NCBI GenBank assembly: GCA_014905635.1
Contig: JABVCE010000003.1
Coordinates: 1,488,001 to 1,552,000, forward strand
DNA length: 64,000 nucleotides
Direction of reading: 5' to 3'
Origin: Scenedesmus sp. PABB004
Lineage: Eukaryota
The notes under the pieces are model-generated. The model saw only the letters and a program-made list of their open reading frames with translations. It did no database searches and was not told the origin of the DNA. The position numbers were made by a program, and so were the translations under genes. Below, in pieces: positions 37,259 through 55,848 of the stretch (within the stretch, counting starts at the first letter, position 1; every line of letters begins with the position of its first letter).

Positions 37259-38631
37259 ATGTTGGACGGCGACGGCGTCCTCGCCGCGTGGTGTGACTGC
37301 CCCTCGCACTTGGACTTGGCACGCAGCGTCGACGAGCAGTCGGCGACGACGCGGTCGATCGTCCGCCACGGCCTCGGCCGCTTCCAGGCCGCCGCCGCGC
37401 GCAACCCCGGCGCCGAGCCCCGCCCGCAGCTGAGCGCCGCCGAGGTCAGCCAGCGCAGCGTGGACCTGCTGCTGCGCGAGTTTTACGACGTGCGGCGGGA
37501 GCGCCGGCCGCTGGGCGCAGCGCGGCAGCAGCCCGGGCGCCACACAGCGTCACGCACGCCGCTGCCGCTGCCGCTGCCGCCGCCGCAGATGGTGCGCGCC
37601 CAGCACGCGCGCCAGGCGCAGGGTGAGCGGCGCGCCGCCGCCGGGCAGCCCCGCGCTTGCGGGGCCGCGCGCCCCGCGCAGCGCGACAAGGCTCGCCCGC
37701 GCGCCGCGCGCGCGCAGACGGCGCCGGCGGGCCCGAGCAAGGCGCCTTCCTGCTGCTCTGCCCCTGCGCGCCCGCGGCGCTGAGCCTGCGCAACGTTGCG
37801 ATGGCGGTGGCCGGCGCCGTCCGTGCGGCCGCGGCGGCGGTGGTGAGCGCGCCGTGAGGCCTGTGCGGCAGCATGCCACGCTGCCGGCCGCCGAGCCGCT
37901 GCGCTGCGGCGCCGCCCGCAGGTGGTGCTCGCGGTGCTGCTGGTGCCCGCGGTGCTGGTGGTCGTGCGGGAGCTGCTGCAGCGCCACCAGCCCCGCGAGG
38001 CGGCAGCCGTCGCGGTCGGCGGGCTGCTGGCGCTGCTGGCCGCCGACGCAGTGCACCGCAGCGGCGCTGACGAGCGGCGACGGGCCGCGGCGACGGTCAC
38101 GCCCGCTGCCGTGCGGCAGCTGCTCGCGTCAGGTGGGGCGGGCCCCGGCGACGCGGCGCCGCAACGGCGCTCGCGGCGCGCTGCGCTCGCGCCGGCTGAG
38201 CCGCGCGGCTGCGCCGCTGCTCCCTGCGCGCCGCAGTGGGCCCCAGCGACGAGCTCGCCACGCTCCGCCGCGCGAGCCAGAGCGTCACGGCGTCGCACGG
38301 CAGCGCCAGCAAGCACAGCCACAACCCCGAGCTGCACCAGCTGCACCTGCAGCAGGCGCACGCGGCGGCCGGCGGCGCCGGCGCCGGCGGCGGCGCCGGC
38401 GGCGGCGCCGGCGGCGGTCCGTCGTTCCTGTCGCTGCTGCCCGCGCTGTCGGCGCTGCAGTCGGCGCTGGGGGTGACGAGCGGGGAGCCGCCGACGAGCC
38501 GGGCGCGGCTGGCAGAGGAGCTCGGGCGCCTCTGTGCGATATTAGGAGTGGAGTGCGGGCCGGAGAACGTGGCCACGCCCGCCGCGATGGCGGCCACGAT
38601 CGCGCAGCTCAAGACCAGCGTCGGCATCTGA
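37259..38631 (+). CDS. Hypothetical protein, probably membrane-associated, multi-exon
   Basis: Coding-like exons MLDGDGVLAAWCDCPSHLDLARS..DLLLREFYD; hydrophobic VVLAVLLVPAVLVVV and AVAVGGLLALLAA; final exon ..LCAILGVECGPENVATPAAMAATIAQLKTSVGI*. No family recognised; exon joins tentative. Confidence 0.5.
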
Positions 38632-38831
38632 GGGGCGGCGGCGGCGGCGGCAGCTGCCACTGCGGCGCCAGGCAGTTCTGCCAGGCGGTCGCCGGCGCCG
38701 CGCGGTTTTGGGGGCGCACGTGCGCGGCGGCCGGGGGCAGCGGGACTGAACTCGCGTGCGAGCGCGGCGCTGCGTTGGTTACGCAACGGTGAACTTCCGC
38801 GCGGTGCCGCGCGCGACCGCCGCCGAGCGCC

Positions 38832-39319
38832 TCACGCGCAGGGGCGCAGCTTGCTGTTGCCCCAGCCCCGGGGGTTGTCGTCCTTCCAATCGTCCATGGC
38901 CCGCGTGCGCGCCAGCTCCTCCTCGTCCTCGTCGTCGCTGCGCCGCCCCGCGGCCGCGGCGGCGCGCGCCGCCTCGGCCTCGCGCGTCGCCGCCTCGCGC
39001 GCGCGCGCCTCGGCCAGCTCGATCGCGCCCTGCTGCTCCACCGTCAGCGTGGGCAGGATGTGGCTGGGCCGGAAGACCTGCGGCAGCACGCGAGCAGGCA
39101 GGCGGCGCGGCCGTCGCGGCGGGCGGCGCCCCCGCTGCTCGCGGCGGCACCCTCGAGCCGCGCAGCACGCGGCGGCGCGGCCGCGCCTGCTGCCGCAGCG
39201 TCGCGCGCTGCTCGCCCAGCGTGAGCTGGCCGGCGATGCCGCTGAGTCGATCAAACATCTGCGCCTGCAGCGCCGCGCGCTGCTGCTGGTCCGGCTGCTG
39301 CCCGCCCCCGCCGCGTTGC

Positions 39320-39358
<39 letters not shown>

Positions 39359-40176
39359 TGCTCCCCGCTCGGCTGCTGCTGCAGCGCGTGCCGCAGCAGC
39401 GCCAGCTCCTGCGCGAGCAGCGGCCGCGCCTCCAGCGCCTTGATGGCCGCCGCCTCAATCTCCAGCGTCCACAGCAGCCGCTCGTCCTCCTCGTCCCAGC
39501 CGCCCACGCCGCCCGGCGGGCCGCCCTCGGTGCCGGCCTGCGCGCGGCGCCGGGCGGCGGCGCAGGCGCGCTGGGCGCCGCCCGGCGGCGGCGGCTGCGG
39601 CGGCTGCTGCGGTGGGCGCGCACCTCGTCGTCGGCGGCGCGCGCGCGCGCGCCGCATGCTGGCGATCAGCCCCGCCACCGCGCGGCTGCGCTTGAAGCGT
39701 TCGATCTTGCCGTGCCGCGCCGCGCCCGGGTCGAGCGGCGCGCCGCTCTCCTCCGCGTCGTACGCCGCGCGCGCGGCGCCGCGCAGGAAGCCGTACTGCG
39801 CCGCGCGCTGCAGGAACGCGGCGTAGGCCTCGGACGCGGCGGACAGCTGCGCCGCGCGCGCGGCGGCGCCCGCGGCGCCGCGCTGCCCCGGCGGCGGCGC
39901 GCCGTGCAGCGCCTCGGCGCGGAGGAAGGGGACCAGCAGATAGCGCAGCTGCCCCGTCACCAGGTCGTCGGCGTCCTCGTTGGCCGAGAACAGGCCCGCC
40001 CGGGCCACGAGGTCCTCGCAGCGCGCGAGCAGCGGCAGCGCCGCGACCGCGCCGCCGCCGTCGCTGCCGCCGTCGCCGGCCACCGCCGCCCAGGCGGCCT
40101 CGAAGGCGGCGACCAGGGGCATGTCGTCCCGCACCGCCGGGCCAGGATCAGCCCCCTGGGCGGGAGCGGACGCCAT
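38832..40176 (-). CDS. TAP46: PP2A regulatory subunit TAP42/TAP46/IGBP1
   Basis: AGLFSANEDADDLVTGQLRYLLVPF, RHGKIERFK, VFRPSHILPTLTVEQ, RAMDDWKDDNPRGWGNSKLRPCA*. Confidence 0.95.
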
Positions 40177-40494
40177 CGCGCCGCGCCTTGCGCGTGCGTG
40201 CACGGCAGCGGCGGCGCTGCTCGGCGGCAAGGGGCGCGCGTGGCGGTCTCGCTGCTGCACGGCCGTGTGATGGCACGTGTGATCGGCACCCGGGAGCGGG
40301 GCCTGGGGCCTCCAGCGCGTCGAGCGCCAACCTTCGTGTAACAGGCTTTTGCTTGCGCCTCCGCACGGCCTCGCTGGTGATCCGCACGCAACGGCGCCAC
40401 CTCGATAGCACGGGAGGCGCGCCGCCACCGCCCCAGGAGCCGCGTCGGGGCCGCCGACGCGCGCGCGCCCGGCCCCGCGCCAGAAGGCCGCGCC

Positions 40495-42870
40495 ATGGCG
40501 CGCCACCGCACCCTGGCGGACGAGCTGGCGGAGCTCATCAACCCCGCGCCCGCCGCGGGTGCGCCGGCGGCGCGGCGCGGCGCCAGCCGCCGCAGCGCGC
40601 CGGCCGGCGGCCGCCGCTGCCGCTGCCGCCGCTCCCCACACGCGCGCCGGCCGCCCGCCGCAGAGCTGGACCCGGAGGCGGCGGCCATCGGCGACGGCGA
40701 CGCGCCGGCGGGCAGCGACGACGAGCTCGCGGGCCTGGTCGCCGGCGCCGCGGCGGCGCGGCGCGGGCTGCGCACCGACATCGCGCTGCGCGGCGGTGCG
40801 TACGCGGGCCGCCGCAGCAGCCGCGCCGCGCTGTTCGGCAACGAGTTCGGGCCGGCCGGTGCCGCCGGCGACGACGGCGACGTGGCGGGCTTCCTGCGCA
40901 GCGGCAGCGGCGACGACGGACACGGCAGCGGCAGCGGCAGCGAGGGCGCCGAGGCGGGCGCCCCGCCGCGCCGCGACGTGCCGACACTCTTTGTCAACGG
41001 TCACCGCCACGGCCCGGGCGCCGACGACACCACCAGCAGCAGCAGCGGCAGCGAGGACGAGGGCGACGTGGCGGGCGCGGCGCGGCGCGGCGCCAGCGGC
41101 GAGGAGCTTGGCAGCAGCGGCGAGGAGCAGGAGGAGGCGTCGGAGGGCGACGACAGCGATGATCAGCAGCAGCAGCGGCGGCGGCAGGGCCAGGGCCAGG
41201 GACGGGAGCGCGGCGCGCAGCGCTCTGGCGGCGGCAGCAGCAGCGGCGGCGAGGACGAGGCTGATGGTGAGGGGGGCAGCAACGGCAGCGGCAGCGACGG
41301 CAGCGGCAGCGACGACGACAGGGACGGAGACGAGGCGCGCGGTGGCGGCGCCGGCGCGAGGCGGCAGCAGCAGCAGCGTGCGGTCGACCCGGACGCGGCT
41401 GCTGCGGGCGTGGCGGCGATGCTCGGCGGCGACGCTGAGATGGAGCAGCTAGAGCGGTGCGGGGGCGGCGGCGGCGGCGGCGGCGGCGGCGCGGGGCGCG
41501 CATGCTGCGGGGCGCGGCGGCAGCAGCCGGGGGGCGCGGGCGGCGGACGCCCATGCTGACGCGCCGCGCCGCGCCGCGCCGCGCCGCGCGCAGGGAGGCC
41601 GCCGCCGCCCAGGCGGAGGCGCAGCAGCAGCTGGTGGCCGCCGCGGGCCGCGGCGACCGCGACGCCGCCAAGGCGGCCGGCGTGCGCGCGCAGCAGCGGC
41701 TGTGGGGCGCGGCGCTGGAGCTGCGGATCCGGCTGCAAAAGGCGGTCGCGGGTGCCAACGTGCTGCCCCGCCCCGCGGCGCGCGCGGCGCTGGTGGCGGG
41801 CGACGAGCAGGTTGCGGCCAGGTGGGCGGCGCGGCGCGGCACGGCATGGCGGGGGTGGGGCTGCGCGGCGCGGCAGCGGGCGGCGGCGCGGCGAGGCGTG
41901 CGGCGCCGCCGCCGCCTGACGCTGCGCGCCCGCCGCGCCGCCGCAGCTACGCCGGGCTCGTGAGCTCCTGCCAGGCCACGCTGGAGCAGCTGCTCCACCT
42001 GCACCACAGGCTCGCGCAGCAGCACCCCGCGGCGGCGGCGGCGCTCGCGGCCGCGCCGCAGCAGCCGGCGGCCGGCGCCAAGCGCCGCCGCGGCGCCGCC
42101 GCGCTCGACGACGACGCCGGCGGCGGCGAGCCCGGCGAGGGCGGCGGCGCCGGCGCGTTTGCGGGCGCGTGCGGCGACGCCGACGCGGCGTGGGCGGCGG
42201 TGGAGGGCGCTATCGATGGCCTGGCCGGCTTCCGGGACGCCGCGCTGGACAAGTGGCACCGCCGCACGGTGCTCTCGTCGGGCACGGCGGCGCTGCGCGG
42301 CAGCAGCGGGCTGCGCGCGCTGCAGCAGAGCGTGTCGGCCCAGGTCGGCGCGCTCATGCGCGACCAGCGCAAGCTCGTCGCGCGCAGCCAGCTGCCGGCG
42401 CAGGTCGCGCCGCGTCCGCTGGGCCAGCCCGCGCGCGGCGCCGGCGCCGACGGCGCCGGCGCCGACGGTGAGCGCGACCCGGAGACGTACGACGAGGGAG
42501 ACTTTTACCAGCAGCTGCTCAAGGAGCTGCTGGAGTCGGGTGCGCGGCAGGGAGAGCAGGGGGCGGGCGCTCGGGACTGGGGCCGCGCCGCCGCGGCCCG
42601 CGCTGACCGCGCGCCGCCGCCCTCGGCCGCCGGCCGCCCCCCGCCGCCGCTCGCGCCGCCGCTCCCGCAGCGCCCGGCGGCGCGCCCGGCGCGCTGGCGG
42701 GCGCGCGGCCGGCGAAGCGGCGCAAGCTCGTCGACCGGCGCGCGAGCAAGGGGCGCAAGCTGCGCTTCGAGGTCATGGACAAGCTGGTCGGCTTCATGGC
42801 GCCCGTGGAGCTCGCGCCGCCGCCCTTCGCGGAGCAGCTATTCGGCAACCTCTTCGCCCACAAGGGCTGA
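40495..42870 (+). CDS. AATF: AATF/Bfr2 (TRAUB domain) nucleolar protein
   Basis: Acidic N-terminus; QQRLWGAALELRIRLQKAV..NVLP; ALDKWHRRT; DPETYDEGDFYQQLLKELLE; VDRRASKGRKLRFEVMDKLVGFMAP; LFGNLF. Confidence 0.95.
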
Positions 42871-43315
42871 GGGACGCTGCGCGGCGTGCCGAGGGCGATG
42901 GCGGCGCGGGCAGCGCTCGGCGCGCGCAGCGCTGGCGGCGGGCAGTGTCGCTGGCGGCGCGGCGGCCGCAGCGCAGGGCGCGCCGCGGGAGTGCCAATTG
43001 GCAAACACGCGGGCTGCAACGCGCCGACCGCGCGCGCTGCCGGCGGTTGTGTGAGCGGGCTTTCGCGACCGGCAGCGCATCATCACCGCCCCCCGACGCA
43101 GCGCAGTCCGCTGGGGCGCCGCGCGCGCCGCAATTGCTCTGCCAACCAATGCGACGTCTCAACCCCGACCGCTCGGCGACGCGTGGTCAGCGGTGTCACT
43201 AGCCAACGACCGCGTCGCAACAAGCGGGCCTCTTTGCACCACGCCTGCCCTCCCGCGACGCCGCCGCCACTCCTCCACGACTCCCCTCTCTTCCGCAGCT
43301 CCAAACCTCGCCAAG

Positions 43316-45362
43316 ATGAAGGTTTCGCTCGCGCTCGTGCTGCTCCTGGCGGTGACTTCCGGTGCGCCAATGATTGTGCACACGCAGCAGCCCGCCGCAC
43401 CGCTTCGCCGCCGCAACGCATCTAGTGCAGCTCGCATGCGCGGGCGCGGGTGGCGGCGGCGCCCCTGCGGCCGCGGGGAGCCAGCTGGCTGATGCGATGC
43501 ACTCGTTGCCGGCGGCCGCGCAGAACGCGCGCACGCCGGCCGCGCAGCACACAAACCCGCTGCTACACGCACTGGGAGCACAATGTGTGGGCTCGCGAAG
43601 CCTCACGCCGCCCCACCGCCGCCGCTCCGGCTGTTGCTGCGACTCGCACGCGCCAGCGAAATGTGTGGGCTCACGCCGCCCGCTCCCGCTGCTGCTGCGC
43701 AGGCGCCCTCGCGCGCAACCTGCAGCAGGCCACGCTGCCCGCTGATGCCGCGGTCAAGGACGCCATGACCAAGGCCGACAGCATGATCACCGGCAGCAAT
43801 GAGCAGCAGGTGCGGCGGCGCGGCACAGACGAGGCGCGGGCGCTGCGCGGCTCGGCTCGGCGCCCGGCGGCGCGCGGCTGAACGCGCCGCCGCAGGTGAC
43901 CCAGGCGACCAGCGAGGCCCTGACCAAGGTTGCCGAGGCGAAGCAGGCTGGCAAGCCCGTGGAGGAGGCGGTCGCCGCCGCGACGCAGTCGGTGGAGAGC
44001 AAGGCCGGCGGCCTGAGCACCGAGAACAAGCAGGCCATCACCGACGCCGCGTACCGTGTCTACACCAACACCGAGGCCAAGCCCGCCGTGAAGGAGGAGG
44101 AGAAGGGCAAGAAGAAGGACGCCGCCAAGCCCGCCGAGGCCAAGCCGGCGGCGAAGCCCGCCGACGCGAAGCCCGCCGCGGAGGCCAAGCCTGCTGAGGC
44201 CAAGCCCGCCGCCGTGCCCGCCGCGGTCAAGGACGCCCTGGCCAAGGCCGACAGCATGATCACCGGCGACAACGAGCAGAAGGTGCGGCGGCGCGGCAGG
44301 GCACGCGGGCCGGCTGGCGCGCATGCTGCAACTGCCGCGGTGCCAGACGCGTGGCTCACCCCTTGCCCCGCCGCCGCCGCCGCCGCCGCCGGCACAGGTG
44401 ACTGAGGCGACCAGCGAGGCCCTGACCAAGGTTGCCGAGGCCAAGCAGGCTGGCAAGCCCGTGGAGGAGGCCGTCGCCGCCGCGACGCAGTCGGTGGAGA
44501 GCAAGGCCGGCGGCCTGAGCACCCAGAACAAGCAGGCCATCACCGACGCCGCGTACCGTGTCTACACCAACACCGAGGCCAAGCCCGCCGCGGAGGCCAA
44601 GCCCGCTGAGGCCAAGCCCACCGCCGTGCCCGCCGCGGTCAAGGACGCCCTGGCCAAGGCCGACAGCATGATCACCGGCGACAACGAGCAGAAGGTGCGG
44701 CGGGGCGGCGGGCGGGGCGTGCGGGCGGGCAAGAGGCGATTTGCAGGTTGCAGGTTTGGCAGGCGCCAGCTTATGCTAGGCGCGTGGCTCACCCCTCGCC
44801 CTGCCCGGCGCCGCCGCCGCCGGCACAGGTGACCCAGGCGACCAGCGAGGCCCTGACCAAGGTTGCCGAGGCGAAGCAGGCTGGCAAGCCCGTGGAGGAG
44901 GCCGTCGCCGCCGCGACGCAGTCGGTGGAGAGCAAGGCCGGCGGCCTGAGCACCGAGAACAAGCAGGCCATCACCGACGCCGCGTACCGTGTCTACACCA
45001 ACACCGAGGCCAAGCCCGCCGTGAAGGAGGAGGAGAAGGCCAAGAAGGACGCCGCCAAGCCCGCCGAGGCCAAGCCCGCCGTGAAGGAGGCCGCCGCCAA
45101 GGCCAGCCCTGAGCCCAAGGAGGCCGAGGCCAGCCCCGAGCCGGAGGCCAGCCCCGAGCCGGAGGCCAGCCCCGAGCCCGAGGCCAGCCCCGCGCCGGAG
45201 ATGAAGGAGGACGAGAAGAAGCCCGCCAACGGCACCGACAAGGCCGCCGCCGAGGCCGTGCCCGCCGCCAGCCCCGAGCCCGCCAAGAGCGGCGCCGCGG
45301 GCGCCGCCGCCGGCAGCGCGTTTGCGCTGGTCGCGGCCGTGGCTGCGTTCGCGCTCCTGTGA
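43316..45362 (+). CDS. Secreted, putatively GPI-anchored surface protein with three tandem ~85-aa helical repeats and a SPEPE stalk
   Basis: Signal MKVSLALVLLLAVTS; 3x AVKDA(L/M)xKADSMITGxNEQx|VTxATSEALTKVAEAKQAGKPVEEAVAAATQSVESKAGGLSTxNKQAITDAAYRVYTNTEAKP; C-terminus KSGAAGAAAGSAFALVAAVAAFALL*. Confidence 0.85.
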
Positions 45363-46271
45363 GCGCCCCCGGACTCTGGGGAGCGGCGGCCCCGCGCCGC
45401 CGCAGCTTGAGCGCTGCAGCCGGGCGCCCCGGCGGCCCTGACCGCCGCCGGGGCTGGGGGTGGGCGTGACACACATATATCTGGTTTTCCCCCGCGTCTG
45501 CGCGCAGCTTGGACCTGGCATGCCCAGCATGCCAGCCAAACAAAGCACAACTGTGTCCGGAGGCCTGCACTTCTTGCATGCCCCGCTCTGCCCGCGTGCC
45601 GGCGGCACGCGGCGAGCGGCGGCCCGCGGTCCACGCGCGCGCGTGGACCGGCTGCGCGTAGCACTCACGGTTTGCACGTTTTGCGCGCTGCCACGGCGGT
45701 GCGGGCTTGCTGCACATAAACAAACGAGTCGACGCGCTGAGAGAGGAGCGTGAGTGCGGTAATCGATGGTGCGCTCTGGCGGTGCCGTTGCAGCGCCGCG
45801 ACAGGCTGGCCGCTCGCGCCGGGCCGCCGCGCAGCGCCGCACTGCGCCTCCGCATGGCGGCAGGCGCCAGGCGAACAGCCCGGCAGCTGCGCCCTCGCTG
45901 GGCTGGCGGCGCGGTGCTGCGTGCCGCGGTGCGCGAGCGCGGCGTAGCGGGTCCTGGCGGCGGCAGGGCTTTGGCGGCGGTGCGGGCAGAGCGGCACAGC
46001 GCTCGCTGCGCTGGCGCACAACGCCGTGTCGGGAGGAGCGAGCGGCCCCTGTCTCGGGAGCGCCAGCTGCAGCGTCGCCCAACAACGCGCGGCAGCTGCC
46101 GTCGCAGGAAGAGCGCTCGCGTTGCGTCGTCTCGTGACCGCGCAGAGACCAGAGCTGCGCCCGGGCGTCGGCTGCGGGCGAGGAGGGGTGTTGCTGCGGA
46201 GCAGCAATGGTCCCGTGAGGAGCCCTCGCCTCGCCAAGCGGGCCGGCGTGGGGTCTGGGCGGGCGCTGGGC

Positions 46272-52923
<6,652 letters not shown>

Positions 52924-53493
52924 CGCGGCGCGCGCTGGGCGCGGCGGGGCGGCCGTTTTCTGTGCAGAGGCCGCGGGAGTTGGGCGCAGGTTTGCGGGGA
53001 GGGGGGGGGGGCTGCCGGGGGATTTGACTCGCCCGGCGGCGCAGTGCTTGGCGCATGCTGCTGCTGCACTGTTGCCACTTGCCACTTGCCATGCGCCACT
53101 TGCCATGCTGCGCGCCAACTGGGGGGGCTTTTGCGTGACACTGCGGCCGCCGCCCTTGCCAACGTGGCGGCGGCCCCAAGCGCGGGTCCGCGCCCGAGGG
53201 TTGGGCGCACGCCCCTTGCATCGGTCAGGGCGGCGGGCGCGGAGTGCGTGCGCCATTGCAGCCACGGCTGTGTGCGCGCGGCGTGCGGCGCGCGCGCCCT
53301 AAGTACAGCCGGCGGGCAGCGGCGGCAGAGTAATCATCATGTGCGCGTGTGCGCCGGGCGGCGGCCCAGCGAGGCCGACGAGCGGGGGCGGGCAACCGTT
53401 GCCAGGCGCGGGGAAGCGGCTCACGCGGCCCGCGCGCCACTGGCTGGTCCCTCTGGTCCTCTGACGGTCATGCGGTCGGCCGCGTCAGGTGTG

Positions 53494-55806
53494 TCAGAGG
53501 TAGAGGCTGGTGGTGAAGATGACGCCCCGCTTCACGCGGCCGCACGCGTCCTCAAACTTGGCCGCCAGGTCAGCGTCGCCGATGCCGCGCAGCGCCCCCG
53601 CGACCTGCGCGCGCGCGCGCAGCCCCGGGCGGCGGCGCGTCAGCCCCCACGCGCGCGCGCGCGGCGCGGGCAGCGCCGCCACGCGCCACCGGCCACCCTC
53701 GACGCCCGCCCTCCCCCCGCCCGCGCCGGCCAGCCAGCCCGCTCGCTGCCCCCCCCCCCCCCCACACACACACACGTGAGACCCACACCCACACACCCCC
53801 ACACACCCACCAGCCGCACCTGGCGCATCAGCTCCTCGAGCCGCCGCACCGCGCGCACGAGGCTGCCCTCAAACACGTCGGGCGCGAGGGCCAGCACGTC
53901 GGCAAAGCGCTGCCCGCGCGTCCACGACGCCGCCGCGTCCATGAGCTCAGGCCTGCGCGCCAGCGGCGCGTGCGGGGCGGGGCGGGGGTTGAACGGGGCG
54001 GGGGCGGGGCGGGGCGGGCTCGGCCCGCGCGCGCGGCCGCACGAGGCGCCGCGCCGCCGCGCAGGCGCCGCAGCAGCAGCTGCTGCGCGAGCGCGCGCCG
54101 TGCTGCAGCGCCGCGCGTCTGCCGCCGCGCCTGAACGTGTCCACAAAGTCATCCACGTCCACGCCCAGCTTGGCGTCCGCCGCCGCCGCGCCGACGGCGC
54201 GCGCCGCCTTGCGCAGCGCCGACAGCGGGCCCCGCAGTGCCTCCGCCGGCCTGGCGGGCGGGTCGCGGCGGCGCGGCGCGGCGCGGCATGGGCTGCGCGC
54301 GGTGCGCGGCGCGGCGCGCGGCGCGGCGCGCGGCGCGCGGCGTATGCCGCCCCGCGCTCCTGGTGCCCAGGGCGCCGCGTGCCGCGCGCTCACGGCTTGG
54401 CGGTCTGGCTGCGCTCGCTCCACACGAAGCAGCTGCAGAGCGCGACGAGCTGGTCGGGCGAGAGGTCGGCAAACGCGCCGCCCATGAGCAGCTCCGACAG
54501 CACCAGCTCGTCGTGCCCGCTCGTCAGCTCGGCAGCGAGGCGGCCCTTTGACGTCACCAGGCCCTCTGCGCGCGCGCACGGGAGGGAAGAGGGGGGAGCA
54601 GGGGGCGCAGACGCGTGCGGGCGCGCGCTCGGCGCGGGCCGAAAGGACCGCCGCGGCGCGGCGAGCGGCGTGCGGTCGACGCCGCGCCGCGCCGCGGTGG
54701 CCCGCACCCGCGTCGATGTATCCGAGGCGGCGCAGCACGCGCGTGCGCGCCTTGAGCTCGTCAGCCAGCACTAGGCCCTGCGGCCCCGCGGCGCGCGGCG
54801 CGGCGCGCGGCGCGCGGCGGCTGAGCCGGGCGGGACAGAGAGAGGGGCGAGGGGCGCGGCGCGGCCGCGCAGCCCCGCGCCGCGCGCCCCTCCAGGCGCG
54901 GGCTGGCCCACCTGCGCGGCCTTGACCTCCTTCTTGGCGGCGCGCGCCGCGCGGCCGAGCGCCTGCTTGTGCTGCAGCGCCGCGAGCGCGGGGCGCAGCC
55001 CCGGCCAGCCCCAGAGCGCGTGGCCGGTGAGGCGCGACTCGAGGCCCTCCAGGCGCGTCACCAGCCGCGACACCTCCTTGTCAGACAGCTGCGCACGCCG
55101 GCGGCGGTGGGCGCGCGCGGCGGCGCCCGACGGCGGCGCGCGTGCGTGAGGGCCGGGCCGGCGGCGCGGCGGCGTTGCCCCAGCAAGGGCCGACGCGCAG
55201 GCGTGCGCGCGCGCCCGGCGCGGCCCCGCCGCGCGCGCCCGCACCTGCATGTCCTGCTGCGGGTCCAGCAGCGGCGGCCCGCCGCCGCCGCCGCCGCCCT
55301 TGGCGCCGCCCTTGCCGCGCGCCGCCGCCGCGTACCGCGACAGCACCTCGGCCGCGCCCGCGAGCGCCGCAGCGCGCGCGCCGGCGCTGCGCAGGTCCTT
55401 GAGCGCCTTCATCCGCACCGCCGACAGCGCCGCCAGGTGCTCCAGCGGCAGGCTCAGCACGACCGCCGCGCCGCCGGGCGCGCCCGGCGGCAGCAGGCGC
55501 GGCAGCGCGCCGCCGCCGCCGCCGGCGGCGGCGGCGCCGCTCGCGGCCGCGGCGTTGGTCAGGGTCTTGGGGTCGGCCGCGAGGAGGACGTCGATAATGA
55601 ACCGCGGGCCCCCGCCGCCGCGCCCGCCCCGGCCGCCGCCGCCCTCGTCGTCGCTGCCGGCGCCGGCGCCGCCGGCGCGGGGCTTGTGCTTGCCGGCCTT
55701 CTCAAAGCTCACCAGCACGCCCCACACGCCGCCGTCGAGCGCGGCCACCACCTCGGGCCCCGCGCCGGCGCCGTCGGCATCACCGCCGCCCTCGCCGCCG
55801 TCGGCG

Positions 55807-55848
<42 letters not shown>

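Noticed and set aside
43745..45020. Regularly spaced direct repeats suggestive of a CRISPR array or LTRs
   Set aside because: The units are 300-400 bp protein-coding exon/intron duplications within one eukaryotic gene.
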